Shown here one piece after another: positions 1-13,489 of a stretch of DNA of 64,000 bases. The DNA is from Podarcis liolepis (lineage: Eukaryota): NCBI GenBank assembly GCA_965112155.1, contig OZ218105.1. One strand, 5' to 3'. The notes beneath the pieces are model-generated. The model was given only the letters and a program-made list of their open reading frames with translations, was not told the DNA's origin and did not search any database. The number at the start of each line of letters is the position of its first letter. Position 1 is the stretch's first letter. The translations under genes were made by a program, and so were the position numbers.

Positions 1-9
1 ACAAGTATA

Positions 10-130
10 GGGTGGTATTTAATGCTAATGCTACTCAGAGTAGACCCATTGAAGCTAATAGAGATGACCAACTTAGGTTTGTTAATTTCAGTGGGTCTAC
101 TCTGTCTAGAATTTAATTGGATAGAAGCCA
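10..130. repeat. Palindromic MITE-like repeat (related copies near 37380-37440 and 57466-57570)
   Basis: Inverted arms cagagtagacccattgaa (36-53) / ttcagtgggtctactctg (87-104) with one mismatch. Confidence 0.7.
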
Positions 131-141
131 TAATCTCAAAC

Positions 142-450
142 TACCATTTTTTTGTGTATAAGACACCCCCATGTATAAGATGACCCCTATTTTTTTTAAA
201 CCCAACATTAAGAAATTAAGTTCTTTGGCTTTTGGGGCATGGAGGAGGTCACTTCCAACAATCGCTCACCCGCCTGCCTGCCACTGTCAATTGCTCGCCA
301 CAGCCACTGCTAATTGCACACCTCGCTGCAGCCGCCAATTGCAATCGCCTGCCCAATTGCCACAGCCGCAGCCAATCGCCTGTAGGCCTTCCCGCAGCCA
401 CCAATCACCCACCCAATGGCCGCTGCCAATCTACTGCTTGCTGCTGCACA
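142..450. mobile_element. Mariner/pogo-like MITE left end followed by degenerate GC-rich subrepeats
   Basis: taccattttttttgtgtataagacacccccatgtataaga with a duplicated tgtataaga motif. Recurrent cgcctg/aattgc units at about 260-450. Confidence 0.5.
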
Positions 451-1115
451 TCCCCCCCTCTGCATTCACTATCCATGTATAATTTCTGCCTAATTTTTTT
501 TTTAGCAAAAAGCATCATCTTATGCACAGAAAAATACAGTAAATTTCTTATATTGCCTCTTTGAGCTAAAGATGGACTAAAGTTAGAGTCCTGCGAAGTG
601 TCTTCCATAGTCTTTCTCCTCTCACAGCACACTGGGCCTTTAGTTCTAGTCTTGCTGTGGGCAGTTTTGTTGACCACAGATTTGACCACGGACGCTGCCC
701 ATTAACAAACCTGTGTGAATGTCTGATGCTACCGTGTACAGAGTACCTGCCTTCACTTTGAGATCAGCCTCAGAAGCCCTGCTTGTGTGTCTGCCAGTGA
801 CAGCAGTGTTAGACCCATCAGCACAAGGGGTAGGGCCTTTTCAGCTGGGCCCCAACATTTGTAGAACACTTTCTAGGCTGAGATATATGGTCCCATCAGT
901 AGGAATGACATGAAAAACAGCAGCAGTGAGGGTGGGAGGATCACTGTGTTGGTGCACACCCAATGCCACCACCCAATGCTTCCTCCACCCTTACATCTGT
1001 CCGTGCGTGCCCCCTCCACAACTCCAGTGTGTGGGAGCACTGCCATGGCCAGGAGGGTGTTGCAGCAATTGTGACCCACCTCATATCATGTGGAGCTTCT
1101 GCCCTAATAGCTACA

Positions 1116-1312
1116 CAGGGCCAGCCCACCCTTGAGGCAAGATGAGGCAACCGCCTCAGGTGGTAGGATTCACAGGGGCAGCAGATCCCAATGTAGATCT
1201 TTATTTCCATCTTGTTCCTGATGTGCAACTTCAGACACACCCCTTTCTCTATGGTGGGGAGCAAATGATTTTGTGGTTGCCTCAAGGGTCAAAGTGTCTT
1301 GAGCCTGCCCTG
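1116..1312. mobile_element. hAT (Tip100-like) MITE, old
   Basis: Ends cagggccagccca / tgagcctgccctg, with internal tgaggca and gcctca repeats. TSD is decayed. Confidence 0.6.
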
Positions 1313-2492
1313 GTTTTACATTTTGAAACCCCATCAAAAAAATCTACCCTCATAGAAGACGCATGTTCTTTCAGAAATGCCATTTTGGAAGAAATCTCTC
1401 AGGTCAGGAAAAATCCATCATATTCCATTCTCCCCAAATTAAGCTTCTACAGCCATTAAATACTTATCATATAATTAGAAGTGTCTGTGCTTTCTGACTG
1501 GGAAATTGTATCTGCCATGTAACCTCAAGGTGTATTTTTCATAAAGTTGAAATTCTTTATTCCCCACCCACCAATTATTTTTAATCAGCTGGCAATCAAC
1601 CCCATATTTTGTTTATTTAAATATCAATCTGGATAGGTAGAAAAATTAGTACCGCTAAGATCAACGCAGGCTGCAACCCTTCGCACACTTACCTGGGAGG
1701 AAGTTCTATTGAACTAAGCAGGGCTTACTTCTGAGTATACAGATAGGAATGCACTGTAAGTCAATTATTAGTCTTCCCTTGCATTTTCGACCCTAAGTGC
1801 TTTTTAATTGCCTTAATACAGTACAGTACACATAGGTGTTACAAAGATGGTGCGTAGCAATCAAACCAAAAAGAATACATTGAATATATATATATATATA
1901 TATATAATGCAATCTCCTAGGTACTAATTTGCCATGGATTGTATTTAAGTCCTCATCCATTATGTGAATTAGAAGTGAAACAAACAACTGGCATCAATAC
2001 TCTATTGCAGCCAGCCTGGCCTGTGATCCGTGTGTGTGTGTGTGTCTGTGTGTGTCCCGGACAGTTTGTATTGATGCTGTCCTGAGTATCACATTCATCA
2101 ATAATGGAAATAATTGCATTTTAATAATTAAAACCTCCCCATCATTTTCACAAAGCTAAAAATGATGACTGTGTTTCCTCCCCGCAGTTTATCTACCTTC
2201 TAAATGAAGGGACAGATTCACCAACAAACAGCTCATTTATGAACAGAAGGAACTAAGCTTTTGATTTTCCTTCTCCAATTCTCTCTTAGAAACAACTTCC
2301 GATGATCCAGGAAGTCACAGGCTTCTCCGAGGCAAAATCAGAGCTCATGTGTACACTTAAAAGGACATCTTTTTTCAACTGTCACCCTTCAGCTTGTTCT
2401 AAAAGTTGCAACGTCATGTTCCAGTTCTTCGTTTGCATGTGCATCCTGATCTTGCAGGGCAATATTACTTCATTGTCTCCAGTTTTGAACTA

Positions 2493-2718
2493 CAGTGGTA
2501 CCTCGGGTTAAGTACTTAATTCGTTCCGGAGGTCCGTACTTAACCTGAAACTGTTCTTAACCTGAAGCACCACTTTAGCTAATGGGGCCTCCCGCTGCTG
2601 CGCCGCCGCCGGAGCACGATTTCTGTTCTCAACCTGAAGCAAAGTTCTTAACCTGAAGCACTATTTCTGGGTTAGCAGAGTGTGTAACCTGAAGCATATG
2701 TAACCCAAGGTACCACTG
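2493..2718. mobile_element. Tc1/mariner (pogo/Tigger-like) MITE, complete
   Basis: TIRs cagtggtacctcgggtta / taacccaaggtaccactg with TA on both sides. Internal taacctgaa subrepeats. Confidence 0.9.
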
Positions 2719-3065
2719 TATTCTATAACTGTACTAGGGTGTCATGAAGGAATGGAGCACTGTGACCCGGAAACAGTTTGCCTAGGTAGGGCAAAGCCAC
2801 TTCACTAGCTTCCTGGCTGGTAAGGTTGTGTTGCTTTCAAGGAGGGGAATGGCAGTGGGGAAGTCAGCATTGTGCAAATGCAATGGCATAGCCAATCCAG
2901 TGCTCCTGCTGATGCATTTGCAATGTGTTAATCTCCCTGCCACCTCTCCTCTCCCCCACCCACAAGTTAGCAACAGTAGCCCGCCTGCTAGGAAGCCAAG
3001 AGCATAGCAGTTCTGCCCCACTGACTGAGCCACTCTGCTCTGACCCGCAATGTTCAGTGCTTTCC

Positions 3066-3066
<1 letters not shown>

Positions 3067-3114
<48 letters not shown>

Positions 3115-3335
3115 TTATTTATACCCCACCCATCTGGCTGGGTTTCCCCAGCCACTCTGGGCGGCTTCCAACAGAATATTAAAATACAATAACCTATTAA
3201 ACATTAAAAGCTTCCCTAAACAAGGCTGCCTTCAGATGTCTTCTAAAAATCTGGTAGTTGTTTTTCTCTTTGACATCTGGTGGGAAGGCGTTCCACAGGG
3301 CAGGTGCCACTACCGACAAGGCCCTCTGCCTGGTT
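3067..3335 (-). mobile_element. L2-clade LINE 3' end with (AAT)n tail
   Basis: (AAT)n at about 3067-3113 followed by ttatttataccccacccatctggctgggtttccccagccactctgggcggc. Same family as 23045 and 51153. Confidence 0.8.
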
Positions 3336-3471
3336 GCCTGGTTCTCTTTTGCAAATAAACCTGTTCACCGGGGGTAAAAAAATAAGAATGATTTCAAAAT
3401 TATGGATGCACCAGGAACCACCACTAGAATAATTAGAAGTGCAGTTAATTCAGTAACACTTCATGGTAGGT

Positions 3472-3479
3472 GCACATAC

Positions 3480-3542
<63 letters not shown>

Positions 3543-3566
3543 GAGCCCTATACATACATACATACA
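3472..3566. repeat. (CA)n microsatellite with (CATA) flanks
   Basis: Direct inspection. Confidence 0.95.
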
Positions 3567-4437
3567 ATTGGCTGTTCCTTACTCAACTGCTCCCTCAGAT
3601 TATAGTGAAAAAGAACAAATAGAAAGAGGGAAAAATTGAAAATACCTGAAAAGAAAAGAGAACAGGGTGATGGGGTAAGATGGATTACTTGAATTTTCCA
3701 CCAATCACTGAATAACACATTGGCTAAAGCATTGATTGATGAAGTATTTAAGTCGTCAATCTCGCATCACAAGCCTTTTTACAAATGGCTGCAGAAAGGG
3801 TTGACAAGACGGTGGTATCAATGGAAGTTGGCTTTGCTACAAAATATAAGAAAGACCTCTAGTCCACAATTTGCTCTCTGGCAAGATGTTCAATAACCAC
3901 TTTCGACGGCCACTTTGCCAGCAAATGTTTCACTTAAAACGTCGGTATTCTTTACTCAGGACTGCCGTCCACCTCCAAATTTATAGGCCTTTAGGATGAG
4001 GAGATTTACTTTCCTTTCGTTTGGGGTTGGATGATGCTTTCTCCACTCATGGAGTCTACTACTTTTCCATTTGAATGGGATTTGTTCTTTAAAACAAAAA
4101 TGAGAACCAGCTTTTGCACCTTTCAAATGTCTTAGGATATATTAAACTGGGGTCTGCCACCACAAAAACTTAGCAAAATGTAAGAAATAAGCATCTACTG
4201 GGGAAAGCTTAGCTTATCACATGAAGCCCAACACCATTTAAGATGCCCCAAAACAACTGATAAGTAACATACCTACAGATAGAAGTTATGTGGAAGAAGC
4301 ATTCTCTGGCCCAGCACAACCGTGTTGACAGATACCACTTCCTGGAGCAATTCCTGTGTATATGGTAGGTCAAAAAAATATACTGCCAATACTCAAGTGA
4401 ATCATGGCTGGAAAGTCCCAGCTGAAAGTGTGATTAT

Positions 4438-4600
4438 GGGGAAGGGATGTAGCTTTTGCTTTGCATTCAAAAGGTCCAAGATTCAGTCTCCAGCATCTCC
4501 AGGAAAGGCTGGAAAGACTCCTGTCTGAAACCCTGGAGAACTGCTGCTAGTGTAAACAACGCTGAGCTAATGTAAGTGGACTGTTCCTACCATATAAGGA
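4438..4600 (+). mobile_element. Squam3-type SINE, degenerate
   Basis: gctttgcattcaaaaggtcc...ctgaaaccctggagaactgctgc...ctgagcta...tataagg matches the other copies. Confidence 0.7.
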
Positions 4601-5094
4601 CACATCAAGAGCACTGTAGCTGGACGGCCGTGGAGTTACCTTCCTGACCTGGATGGGGTAGCAATTGAGGTTTGGCCTGTACAGATGTCCTGACAGAAGT
4701 GCTGGATGTCCGGACAGAAGCATTGGCATGTTCACACAGCCGCAACCTCAATGCCAATCCTGCTCTCACTCCAGCACTGTCCAGGTAAGCTGCAGTAAAG
4801 CTGATGTCTACCCCAGAACACTGGCCACTACTGATCAACAGGGACATTCCACGTGTGGGATTCTAAAGCATTTGAACTGAACATAGAGTTTGCTGCCACT
4901 TCAGAAGCTGGTCTTTCTACTAATTTGCCATTTTATGTGTCATTTCAGAGATTGTTTCCATGCTACTCTAAGGGTGAGTTCATGCCAAATGTAACAGCGC
5001 CAGCTTCCATGAAGAAAGTACATTTCTTGTCACGACAGATACATCTTTATTTCAAGCCTTATTGAAAAACCTGTTGTTATTTTGTGGGACCACA

Positions 5095-5220
5095 CAAAAT
5101 GGGCTTCTGGCAAGAGATCAGTTGTACCTCACAGCAGTTGGAAAGAATGTGTTTGCTAAGAGTCTCACAAGCCTGATCAGGAAGTTTTAAACTAAATCCT
5201 AAGGAGGAGGCAGACAAAAT
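5095..5220 (+). mobile_element. CR1 ORF1 (SGNH esterase-like) C-terminal remnant
   Basis: Translates GLLARDQLYLTAVGKNVFAKSLTSLIR followed by tttaaacta, resembling the DGLHL...ALN* end of CR1 ORF1. Confidence 0.65.
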
Positions 5221-5263
5221 AAAACATTACAGGGGAACACCTGATACTAGAGATAATAACTTC

Positions 5264-5420
5264 ACTAATGAGGCCTCCTGCCACCAGTGTCCTTCCACCG
5301 TTCAGATTCTGTTCTTAGACCGAGGTAAAGTTCACAAACCAGGACACTACTTCCGGTTTTGTGGAGTTCATAAACCGAATAGTTCGTGAACAGGGCTGTT
5401 CTTAAACTGAGGTACCACTG
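5264..5420. mobile_element. Tc1/mariner MITE, partial related copy
   Basis: ctaatgaggcctcc...gattctgttct...gaggtaccactg followed by TA; only one TIR is present. Confidence 0.75.
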
Positions 5421-6299
5421 TATGTCTTTAACTGACAAGTTATTCTTTTTCTGCATTTATGTAAAAGAAGTTAAAAGAAGATGTATCCTTCCTCCACTCC
5501 ATCTTTTGATATATTTGGCTAAATATTATTCTATCATTTCCAACACCAAAGACAACTAAACCTTTCTCTACAATGGACTTTCATCCAAACCAGCAAGACA
5601 ACCCTGATACTCTTGCCTGGTTCATTTTATGCCAAGCAAATCTGGAACATAAAGTTTCTAAAGAGGCACAATTTCTTTTTGCGTATCTTTTTAAAACATC
5701 TTATAATGTCTTGGGGGGGAGTAGGGGGAAGTGAAACAGAATAAGCAAAGGTAATATTGATGTAATTGCTTCCACTGTTTTGAGAAGGAAGTGAAAGGCA
5801 AAGTGCTGTCTTTAAATTACCAGGAATACCTCTCTCTCATTAACTCAGTCTCTCTACTATATCCTGTATACGCCTGAGTTTTCCGCTGAAACCAGAGAGG
5901 AGGTGCATGGTTTTGTAGAAAGGAAGATGTGAGAAATTTGCATGCATTTGTGCATAAAAATCACTGTCAGCATAAAAGAAACCCACTTAGTTCCTAAATG
6001 AAATGCATTTTGGCAGATGAGTGACCACAAGAAGCAAGAAGATCTGGTTACTAAGGGATGTCTGTCTAAAGTTTAGTTACAGGAAGGTCAGAAAGAGCTT
6101 GATTGACTAAATGATGGATCGTAAAGCCCTTTTCACACTTAATGGGCTATGGAAGCCATTCAAACAAAAGGAGACCCTCTGCTAGGATGCAGCCCTTGTT
6201 TGACTCTCAGTGAGAATCTACTAAGATGCCCCGAACCATCTTCCTTTCCCAACAGTTCCAAATACGGTCCGAAAAATAAAATAATAATTTGATACTATT

Positions 6300-6700
6300 G
6301 TTTCATTGTTATTGCCTTAAAAAAAGTCTGTCTAGTTTTATTCTCTTCCGACACAGAAGTAGAAATTGAATAATCTGTCAATTTTGGTTTCTCTCAGTTT
6401 CTTATTTTTATTCCAATCTTAAGCTTAGCTTTCCACATGTGATTTATTTGACAGCACTATAGTGTGCATTTCTCCTCATATACACATTTTAGTATGTACT
6501 TTTCCATAATACACACATTTTTTTGCAACGGAATTCCCCTCATAAAATGCATTTTGTGCGTTATTTTCATTGATATGTGCATTTAGATGCATGCATTTCC
6601 CTAATATATGCATTTTTCTAAACATTTTTAGTCAGATGGCCACACTACAAAATTCAGAGACGTGAGAATTTCAAATAACAGCTGCATTTTGGTTCACACA
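6300..6700. repeat. Degenerate repeat with tandem tgcatttt/taatata subunits; reverse copy at about 14780-14995
   Basis: Recurring acacatttt and gcatttt units; reverse-complement similarity to ttaggagaaattcacactaaaatgc at about 14875. Confidence 0.5.
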
Positions 6701-6742
6701 TATGTGACCAGGCCACTCACACCAAGGCATCATGCAGTACAA

Positions 6743-6963
6743 GAGCTAGTGTGGTGTAATGCTTAAATTATTGGACTAAGTCTAAAGAGACACCGTTTCA
6801 AATCCTCATTTGGCCACAAAGCTCCTGTGGTAACCTCTCAGCCTATCCTAACATATAGTTTTTGTGAGGGTAAAATGGTGGGTGGAAGTGAACAGAACCA
6901 TGTAGCCTGTCTTGAACTCATTGAAAGAAAAGCAGGATAAAAATTGTGTAAGTAAATAAATAA
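6743..6963 (+). mobile_element. MIR/CORE-like tRNA SINE (Squam2-like), old
   Basis: Head gctagtgtggtgtaatg..ttggacta..ttcaaatcc, CORE-like ctcagccta..ttgtgagggtaaaatgg, tail taaataaataa. Confidence 0.6.
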
Positions 6964-8029
6964 GTTACAATGGCGGAAATCTATACATACACAGAAAACC
7001 GCTGCCAGAATTCCTTGGATATCATTTATTATTACATTTCTAGATCACCATTTCCTCCAAGGAGCCCAAGGTGGTTTCACATAGTTTTCCAACTCCCAAT
7101 CATGTCCACATAATCCTCACTTTGTCTGTATGTGAGGCCTGTCTTACATACAGTACCAAACTCAGTACCAAACAGAGTAATATGGAGGAGATGGAGGAAA
7201 TGTCTGTCAACACAACCCCAATAGAGCCTTGGAGAACCAGTGAGGCAGTGAAGATTCCCTCTCTTCCCCAAAACACTCTCTGCTAAAATATCCTCAGCCA
7301 TCACTTGCAGACTTCATTTCTGAGTTTGCACAGCAATGATTGGCTGCTGGAATTCCATCAATGAGCCAAACGCTAGCTAGACTGCCATTTTTACAGCTGA
7401 TGTTTATTCTGAGGCCAGTTCACAGAAGGAATTCCAGCTTTGTATTGTTTGTCACTGACGTGCGATGAGACGGCTGCCATTTCTTGTTTGAAGTTGTATT
7501 ATGGTTGTTTTCTTGGGCGTTCAAGGTCACAGGCCTGCTGATGATGTCTTGTGAAGCATAGCTGGTGCCATGTATCCAAAGCTGTTTGGAAGAAGAAGAT
7601 TTATGTCTCCAGCCATGCAATGTGAAATAACTTCAATGGTAAAAAAACGAAGACAAATGTTTGCTTGTTCAAGCTAGACTCTTATGAATCTCCCAGCTGA
7701 CTAAATCCATGAAGGTAAACATAGCATGACTTCCCCAACCCAACAATGATTACATATTGTCTTTGAATAAATGCTGTAATATTGTTCTTCCATGTTTTCT
7801 TCAGCATTGGCAAGTTATGTAAACAAGCTAAAGTCACATCCCAAGAAGCAATGTAATGCCATCCCAGTGATTGTTATTCCGTGGCAGAGAAGAATAAATG
7901 ATTCAGAAATTTGATTTGCTACCTTGCCACCTCTCCCAAACATGACTGGCATCTGACACTCTTGTCCCAATCCTTAAAATGTATTAACCAGCTTTGATTT
8001 TCCAATGCAAAGTCCAATCGAGTTTCAAG

Positions 8030-8191
8030 GAAGAGAGTGTAGCTTAGTGGTAAAGTGCATGCTTTGCATTCAGAAGGTCATAGGTTCAATTCCCGGTAGA
8101 ACTGAGAAACAGCCCCATCTGAAACCCTGTTGTGGACAAAATAGGGGCATGGGTCACTTGTCTGACTCAACATAAACAGCTTCCTGTTCCT
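8030..8191 (+). mobile_element. Squam3-type tRNA-derived SINE
   Basis: A box tagcttagtgg, B box ggttcaattcc, then ctgaaaccctg and tail cagcttcctgttcct. Confidence 0.8.
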
Positions 8192-9083
8192 AGGCAAGAG
8201 CTCTTGGACACCCTAAGGTTCATTTTACCCATCAAAACAGTGAGTGTGAGAATGGGTAGAGGGTGTTTCATGGGCAATATGGAAGATAACACAAAATCAC
8301 TGAGTCTTTAAAGTAGCCAGGACATGATAATGCTTCTTGTAAAAGTAGTATGAAAAAAAGAAATCAAAGTTAATGGAGGAGTTTATTTTCCTGGAGATGG
8401 AAACAGATCACAGGGGTGATTAATCTCACCCAGATCAATCAGGATCAAACTTTCTTCATAAATATGGAGCTAGGAAATGGACATGGTGGACATGTCTTCT
8501 TGACATTAACTTATAAGCTATACCTGCAAGCATGTGTTGCAACTGCAATCAAACCTCGGATGCAGAGATGCAAAGTTGATAATGTAGCCTAATTCCGGCA
8601 TTCAAGCACGATCAGGGGGTAGGGAGTACCGGGGCATGTGCAACATCCCCCTTCAATGTCCTTGTCTGCTGTGCACCACCCAAATCATTCTACATTGAGC
8701 AATGGGCTTTTGAATTGCATTTAGATATCAATTTCACCAAGTTCCTGAAATTTAACAGGGCCAGTTCATACATGCATGTTAAAATCACTGGATAGCTGGC
8801 TGCAACATACAGTGTGGACTCAAATGTGTGAATGGGCCTTCACAAATGGAACTTTCATGTGGTCTTAAATCCTCTCAAATGTAATGCTTTTTAGTAGAGT
8901 CAGTTCAGAAATTCAGCTGTCAGTCATCAAAGTTTGGTATTCATGCACCTGGTGGCATTCTCTCAGGCATGGGGGGGGGGGCAAATATAGGAACTGAATC
9001 CGAAATTCACAATAAGCCAATATGAAAAAATTATGAAGCATATCCGAAAGTGTAGAACATCCTTTTCCATCCTAGGACCCATT

Positions 9084-9267
9084 CAATGCTGTTTTTCTGG
9101 GGGGGGGGGGACACAGGGGTACGCATAACCCTAAACATTTTGTGAATCTTTCTACTTTTGTCCATTTACTGTATTTATTTTTCCTAATTTGAACTATAAA
9201 ATGGTGGTTTTCTTGAGTCAAAATGAGAGTACCCCTAAACATTTTTTTATATATATAAAAAGCACTG
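9084..9267. mobile_element. hAT MITE
   Basis: TIRs caatgctgttttt / aaaaagcactg. 8-bp TSD gacccatt / gacccact. ccctaaacatttt subterminal repeat occurs twice. Confidence 0.8.
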
Positions 9268-10169
9268 GACCCACTTATCCACTGTCATACAGGCACCTCT
9301 GGCATGATGCAGTTCATTTCATTGCTTATAATAAACCACTGTCTGAATTTATACTAGAAGAGCATTGTTGCAGAGGATACAGCTTCATTCCAGAGGATTG
9401 TGTTGCTAGTAGTGGTGGTTGTAGGTGGGATAAAAGCTGAAGCACATAAATCAGCTGACTCATGCAATGTAGCATAAATTGCTGAGTGTGTGTGGCACAG
9501 ATATAAAGTTTCATTATTCTCCTATATGTAAAAACAAACAAGCAAAAGCATCTGCTTGTACATACAAAAGCAGCATGTAAAGCAAATCTCGCAGGCAGAA
9601 ATCCCAGTGGCTTGTGTCATTTATTCTCTACTCAGCAAATCTTTATCATACAAAAGCATGGTGTTTTTGCTCAAGATTAGTCTTTTCCAAGCATAGGTAT
9701 TGCATTTAATCTACTTTAAAAGAAAATGTATTTTTCCCCACTGTGACTCTCCAGCGATAGTGATATGTTTATCTCTAGAGCTTGCCAGTGCATTGCACGA
9801 TAGAAGAACATACAGTGAAGCGGGATCTTTTATCACTCACTCTAAGTTCTGAATGCCCCCTGTTTATCCTGCTTATGGGAATTCCTGTCAGAAAAGCAGT
9901 CGTCATAACAGTAAGATGCACATCCAGTAGAATGGGATAGAAACTTCATCTCTTGCATGCTTTTCGCTTCAGTTCCATCAATACGTTTGACACCAGGAAA
10001 TGAATTTTATTGACCTTTTAGAGTCTTCCCCTGAAATGCCACTCCTAGTCTTAAAGGAAAGATTCAGAGGGGGGGAATTTCAAAAGATCCCTCTCTCCAG
10101 AATTGCAATTGTTCTTGCAAAGGTGAAAAACTTTAATCTGCTTTTTAACAGCTTTCAGAGGATCATCTA

Positions 10170-10399
10170 CAATGGTACCTCGGGTTACAAACACCTTGGG
10201 TTACAAACACTTCGGGTTAGAGACTCCGCTAACCCAGAAGTAGTACCTCAGGTTAAAAACTTTACCTCAGGATGAGAACAGAAATCGCACACCGGCGGCA
10301 GCAGGAGACCCCATTAGCTAAAGTGGTACCTCAGGCTAAGAACGGTTTCAGGTTAAGAACAGACCTCCGGAAAGAATTAAGTTTGCAACCAGAGGTACC

Positions 10400-10403
<4 letters not shown>
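10170..10403. mobile_element. Tc1/mariner MITE, same family, opposite orientation
   Basis: TIRs caatggtacctc / gaggtaccactg. Internal sequence is reverse-complementary to 2493-2718. Confidence 0.9.

Positions 10404-10486
<83 letters not shown>
10402..10486. repeat. Compound (TG)n(AG)n microsatellite
   Basis: Direct inspection. Confidence 0.97.
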
Positions 10487-10489
<3 letters not shown>

Positions 10490-13007
10490 TGTTTCCAGAT
10501 GTTTATTGTGGGATTGATGTTCCTCATGCATACATTATTATTTTTGCAGTGACCATACTGTTGGTGGTTTGTTTGTTTTTGTGGGTATTTTTGCAATTTG
10601 GTTAAATAGAAAGGAGAATTCTCTGGATCCCTAGATCCAGGTTTGAGGCAAGTACTCTTTGGTGAGAGAGCCCCAACAAAGATTTAAAATCATTAAACAT
10701 GCAGCAAAGTAAAGCGTGGAACTATAGGATGTTAGAAGGGGGCATTTTCAAGGTCTAAGTCATTTCCAAAGTTCCCTATTTCCCTTAACATAAAAAGAGA
10801 CTGCACGTTTGGTAAGATAAATTTGGTTTACTTACAAATTCCTCAAAGGTCAGACTAATGAGCTTTTCCATACAGCAGCAAGAAATGGCAGGCAGTTTAA
10901 CTTACTTTCAAAATTAGTAAATGTTTCAAAATTATTTGTATAGAAGCACAAAGATGGCTTGCTAAAGGCATGCAGTCTAAGCTTGCAGCATCCAGCTTAG
11001 ACATCCTTACTGGTCAGGTTCACATGATGGAGAAAAATGGCAGTCCATATTGCTTTCTCATTTAATCCCGATTTACTCTTTCAGGGAGAAATCCAAGAAG
11101 TTCTGTTGCTAAGAAACTATACATAATATCTCAATGCCTTGTTTACAAATTAAGCTCCCACCCAGAAGCACCCAAAAATAATAAAAGAATATTGTTGAAC
11201 TTCCCACAGAGCATGGAAGAGGAAAGGTTACTGAATGGCATTACAACTATATACAGACGTTTTCATGTATATTCTTTTATCTAACCAGACTACTTTATTA
11301 CTTTCTCACCTGTAAGCCTCTCTTTGATTACAGTGGTTTCTTCCATCAATCTATCTTCAAAGGAGCAGTGATTGTACTCTGTTGCTGGTGAGCTTGGAGA
11401 CACTGGTTTTTTCACATGGCCCAACAAAGACAGTTTTATGGCACTGTAATTCCACTGTTTGCATAGCAATGGCAATGAACCCTCCCCCCCCCCAAAAAAA
11501 AATCCCCTGGAATGTCTTGCACCTATATAGGCATAAATACAACCAAATACAAGCCCCCTCTCCACCTGTTTTCTCCATGTCCCTGCTGCACTCTATAGAA
11601 AACAACAGGTGTATACAGCAGATGGTAAGAGTACAAGGAAACAGCAGCCACTACATTGTATTTGCATATCCATTGGCCAGTGTTTGATTTGTTTCCAAAA
11701 TCAGTATTTTATGTGCTCTTGAAGTTTCTGACAAATTACACTCCCAAAATATTCCAGAACCAAGAGGTTAGCACTAGTTACGAACAAGCTCGCTCTGGTC
11801 ACATATAGAACTGGGCTCTAAGAAATACAACAACAACAAATGCTTTCCCCTCAAACTCAACACTTAGCTCAGTTCTTCTGAACCTAGTTCCAGGCCTCTT
11901 TCAGATTCTGTTGTGCCCTCAATGCAGGGCCAGATTTAGATGAAGAGAGGCCCTAGGCTACAATCCCCTTCTCAATTAAGTAATCAAATTTAATCTAGAA
12001 TTTAAATTCTCAAAACTTTCTTATTTGTTAATTCGAGCAAGTAAACGACTGCTCTCACTTCATTACAAACAGTATTTCTACCTGCAACACACTTGAGCAA
12101 ACCTGCTCCTCTTCCTTTCATGGATATTTTGTTGTCATTTGCAACTGTAGCTGCCTCTGATTAGTTATCATTTCACTCTTTGGGGAAATAATTAGCATCA
12201 CACATCATCTGCATGGAAGTTGCCAAACCAATTAACCAACTAGAAGGATTACAGCTTTCCTATAACTTGATATTGCTGGATAGTTTTACAAAAGCATTTT
12301 TGGTTTGCTTTCTGTTGCCACCCTGGAACTTTTCTTTATTAGTTCCACTTTGTTCTGTACGATTCCTTGCAAATGAAGGAAAACAATTTTTCTTCTTGTA
12401 TATATTGATAATATAATTTTGGTTACTGAGAACAAGATTATACAAAAACAAGATTGGGCGCAGGCCCGGCCAGGACATAGGTGTCCTGACTGTGACAAAA
12501 GTGAGCTGTGTCCCTGCTCTCTCTTCTTATGGTCTTTGTACTGGACGGGGAAACTCCAATAGAGAGCATTCCATGTCAAGAAGGAGAGCAAGTGGGCACC
12601 CTATCAAATGACAGGGCAGGAACTACACAGAGCAGGGCCTTTTCACTGGTGGTGCCCATTGTATGTCTCGCTCTTCCCATACCTGTTCTCTTTTGTCCTG
12701 TATTTTGGAGTTTTATAATTTAGGAAGACTTTGGAAGAAATGGTTGACAAGTCTTATCAGTCACTGACGTATGAGCGGATTTTATTTGCTACTATTTTGG
12801 GCTTCTGGTGCACCAGGGTTTACACCAGCATAATAGAGTTGGATGCCAGAAGGGATACAATTTATGAGCTTTCTCTATTATCTGCACAGCACGGGGTGTT
12901 CAGTCAACAGTGCAAAGGCTGAGCTGAAGCGTTCCCTGCTGGTTACCTGCTTTCAGCAATAGGGGTCGCTGTTTGGTAGTACCCAATTCGTTAGCTGTCA
13001 GATTCTA

Positions 13008-13350
13008 AAAGGTAAAGTAAAGGGACCCCTGACCATTAGGTCCAGTCGTGGCTCACTCTGGGGCTGCGGCGCTCATCTCGTTTTATTGGCCGAGGAAGCC
13101 AGCGTACAGCTTCTGGGTCATGTGGCCAGCATGACTAAGCCGCTTCTGGCGAACCAGAGCAGCACACGGAAATGCCGTTTACCTTCCCACCAGAGCGGTA
13201 CCTATTTATCTACTTGCGATTTGATGTGCTTTCAAACTGCTAGGTTGGCAGGAGCAGGGACCGAGCAATGGGAGCTCACCCCGTCGCAGGGATTCGAACC
13301 ACTGACCTTCTGATCAGGCTCTGTGGTTTAACCCACAGCGCCACCCATGT
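13008..13350 (-). mobile_element. Sauria SINE (Squam1)
   Basis: (ACCTTT)-type tail seen as aaaggtaaag, tRNA-like head with B box ggttcgaatcc on the minus strand, typical body. TSD tcagattcta at 12998-13007 and 13490-13499 (across the gap). Confidence 0.95.
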
Positions 13351-13489
13351 NNNNNNNNNNNNNNNNNNNNNNNNNNNNNNNNNNNNNNNNNNNNNNNNNN
13401 NNNNNNNNNNNNNNNNNNNNNNNNNNNNNNNNNNNNNNNNNNNNNNNNNNNNNNNNNNNNNNNNNNNNNNNNNNNNNNNNNNNNNNNNN
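13351..13489. other. Assembly gap (139 N)
   Basis: N run. Confidence 1.

Noticed and set aside
3620-4150. Possible L1/Tx1 fragment or exon
   Set aside because: CpG-containing stretch, but no interpretable reading frame or motif; left unannotated.
8030-8100. tRNA gene (A and B boxes)
   Set aside because: No complete cloverleaf, and it continues into a SINE body shared with several other copies.
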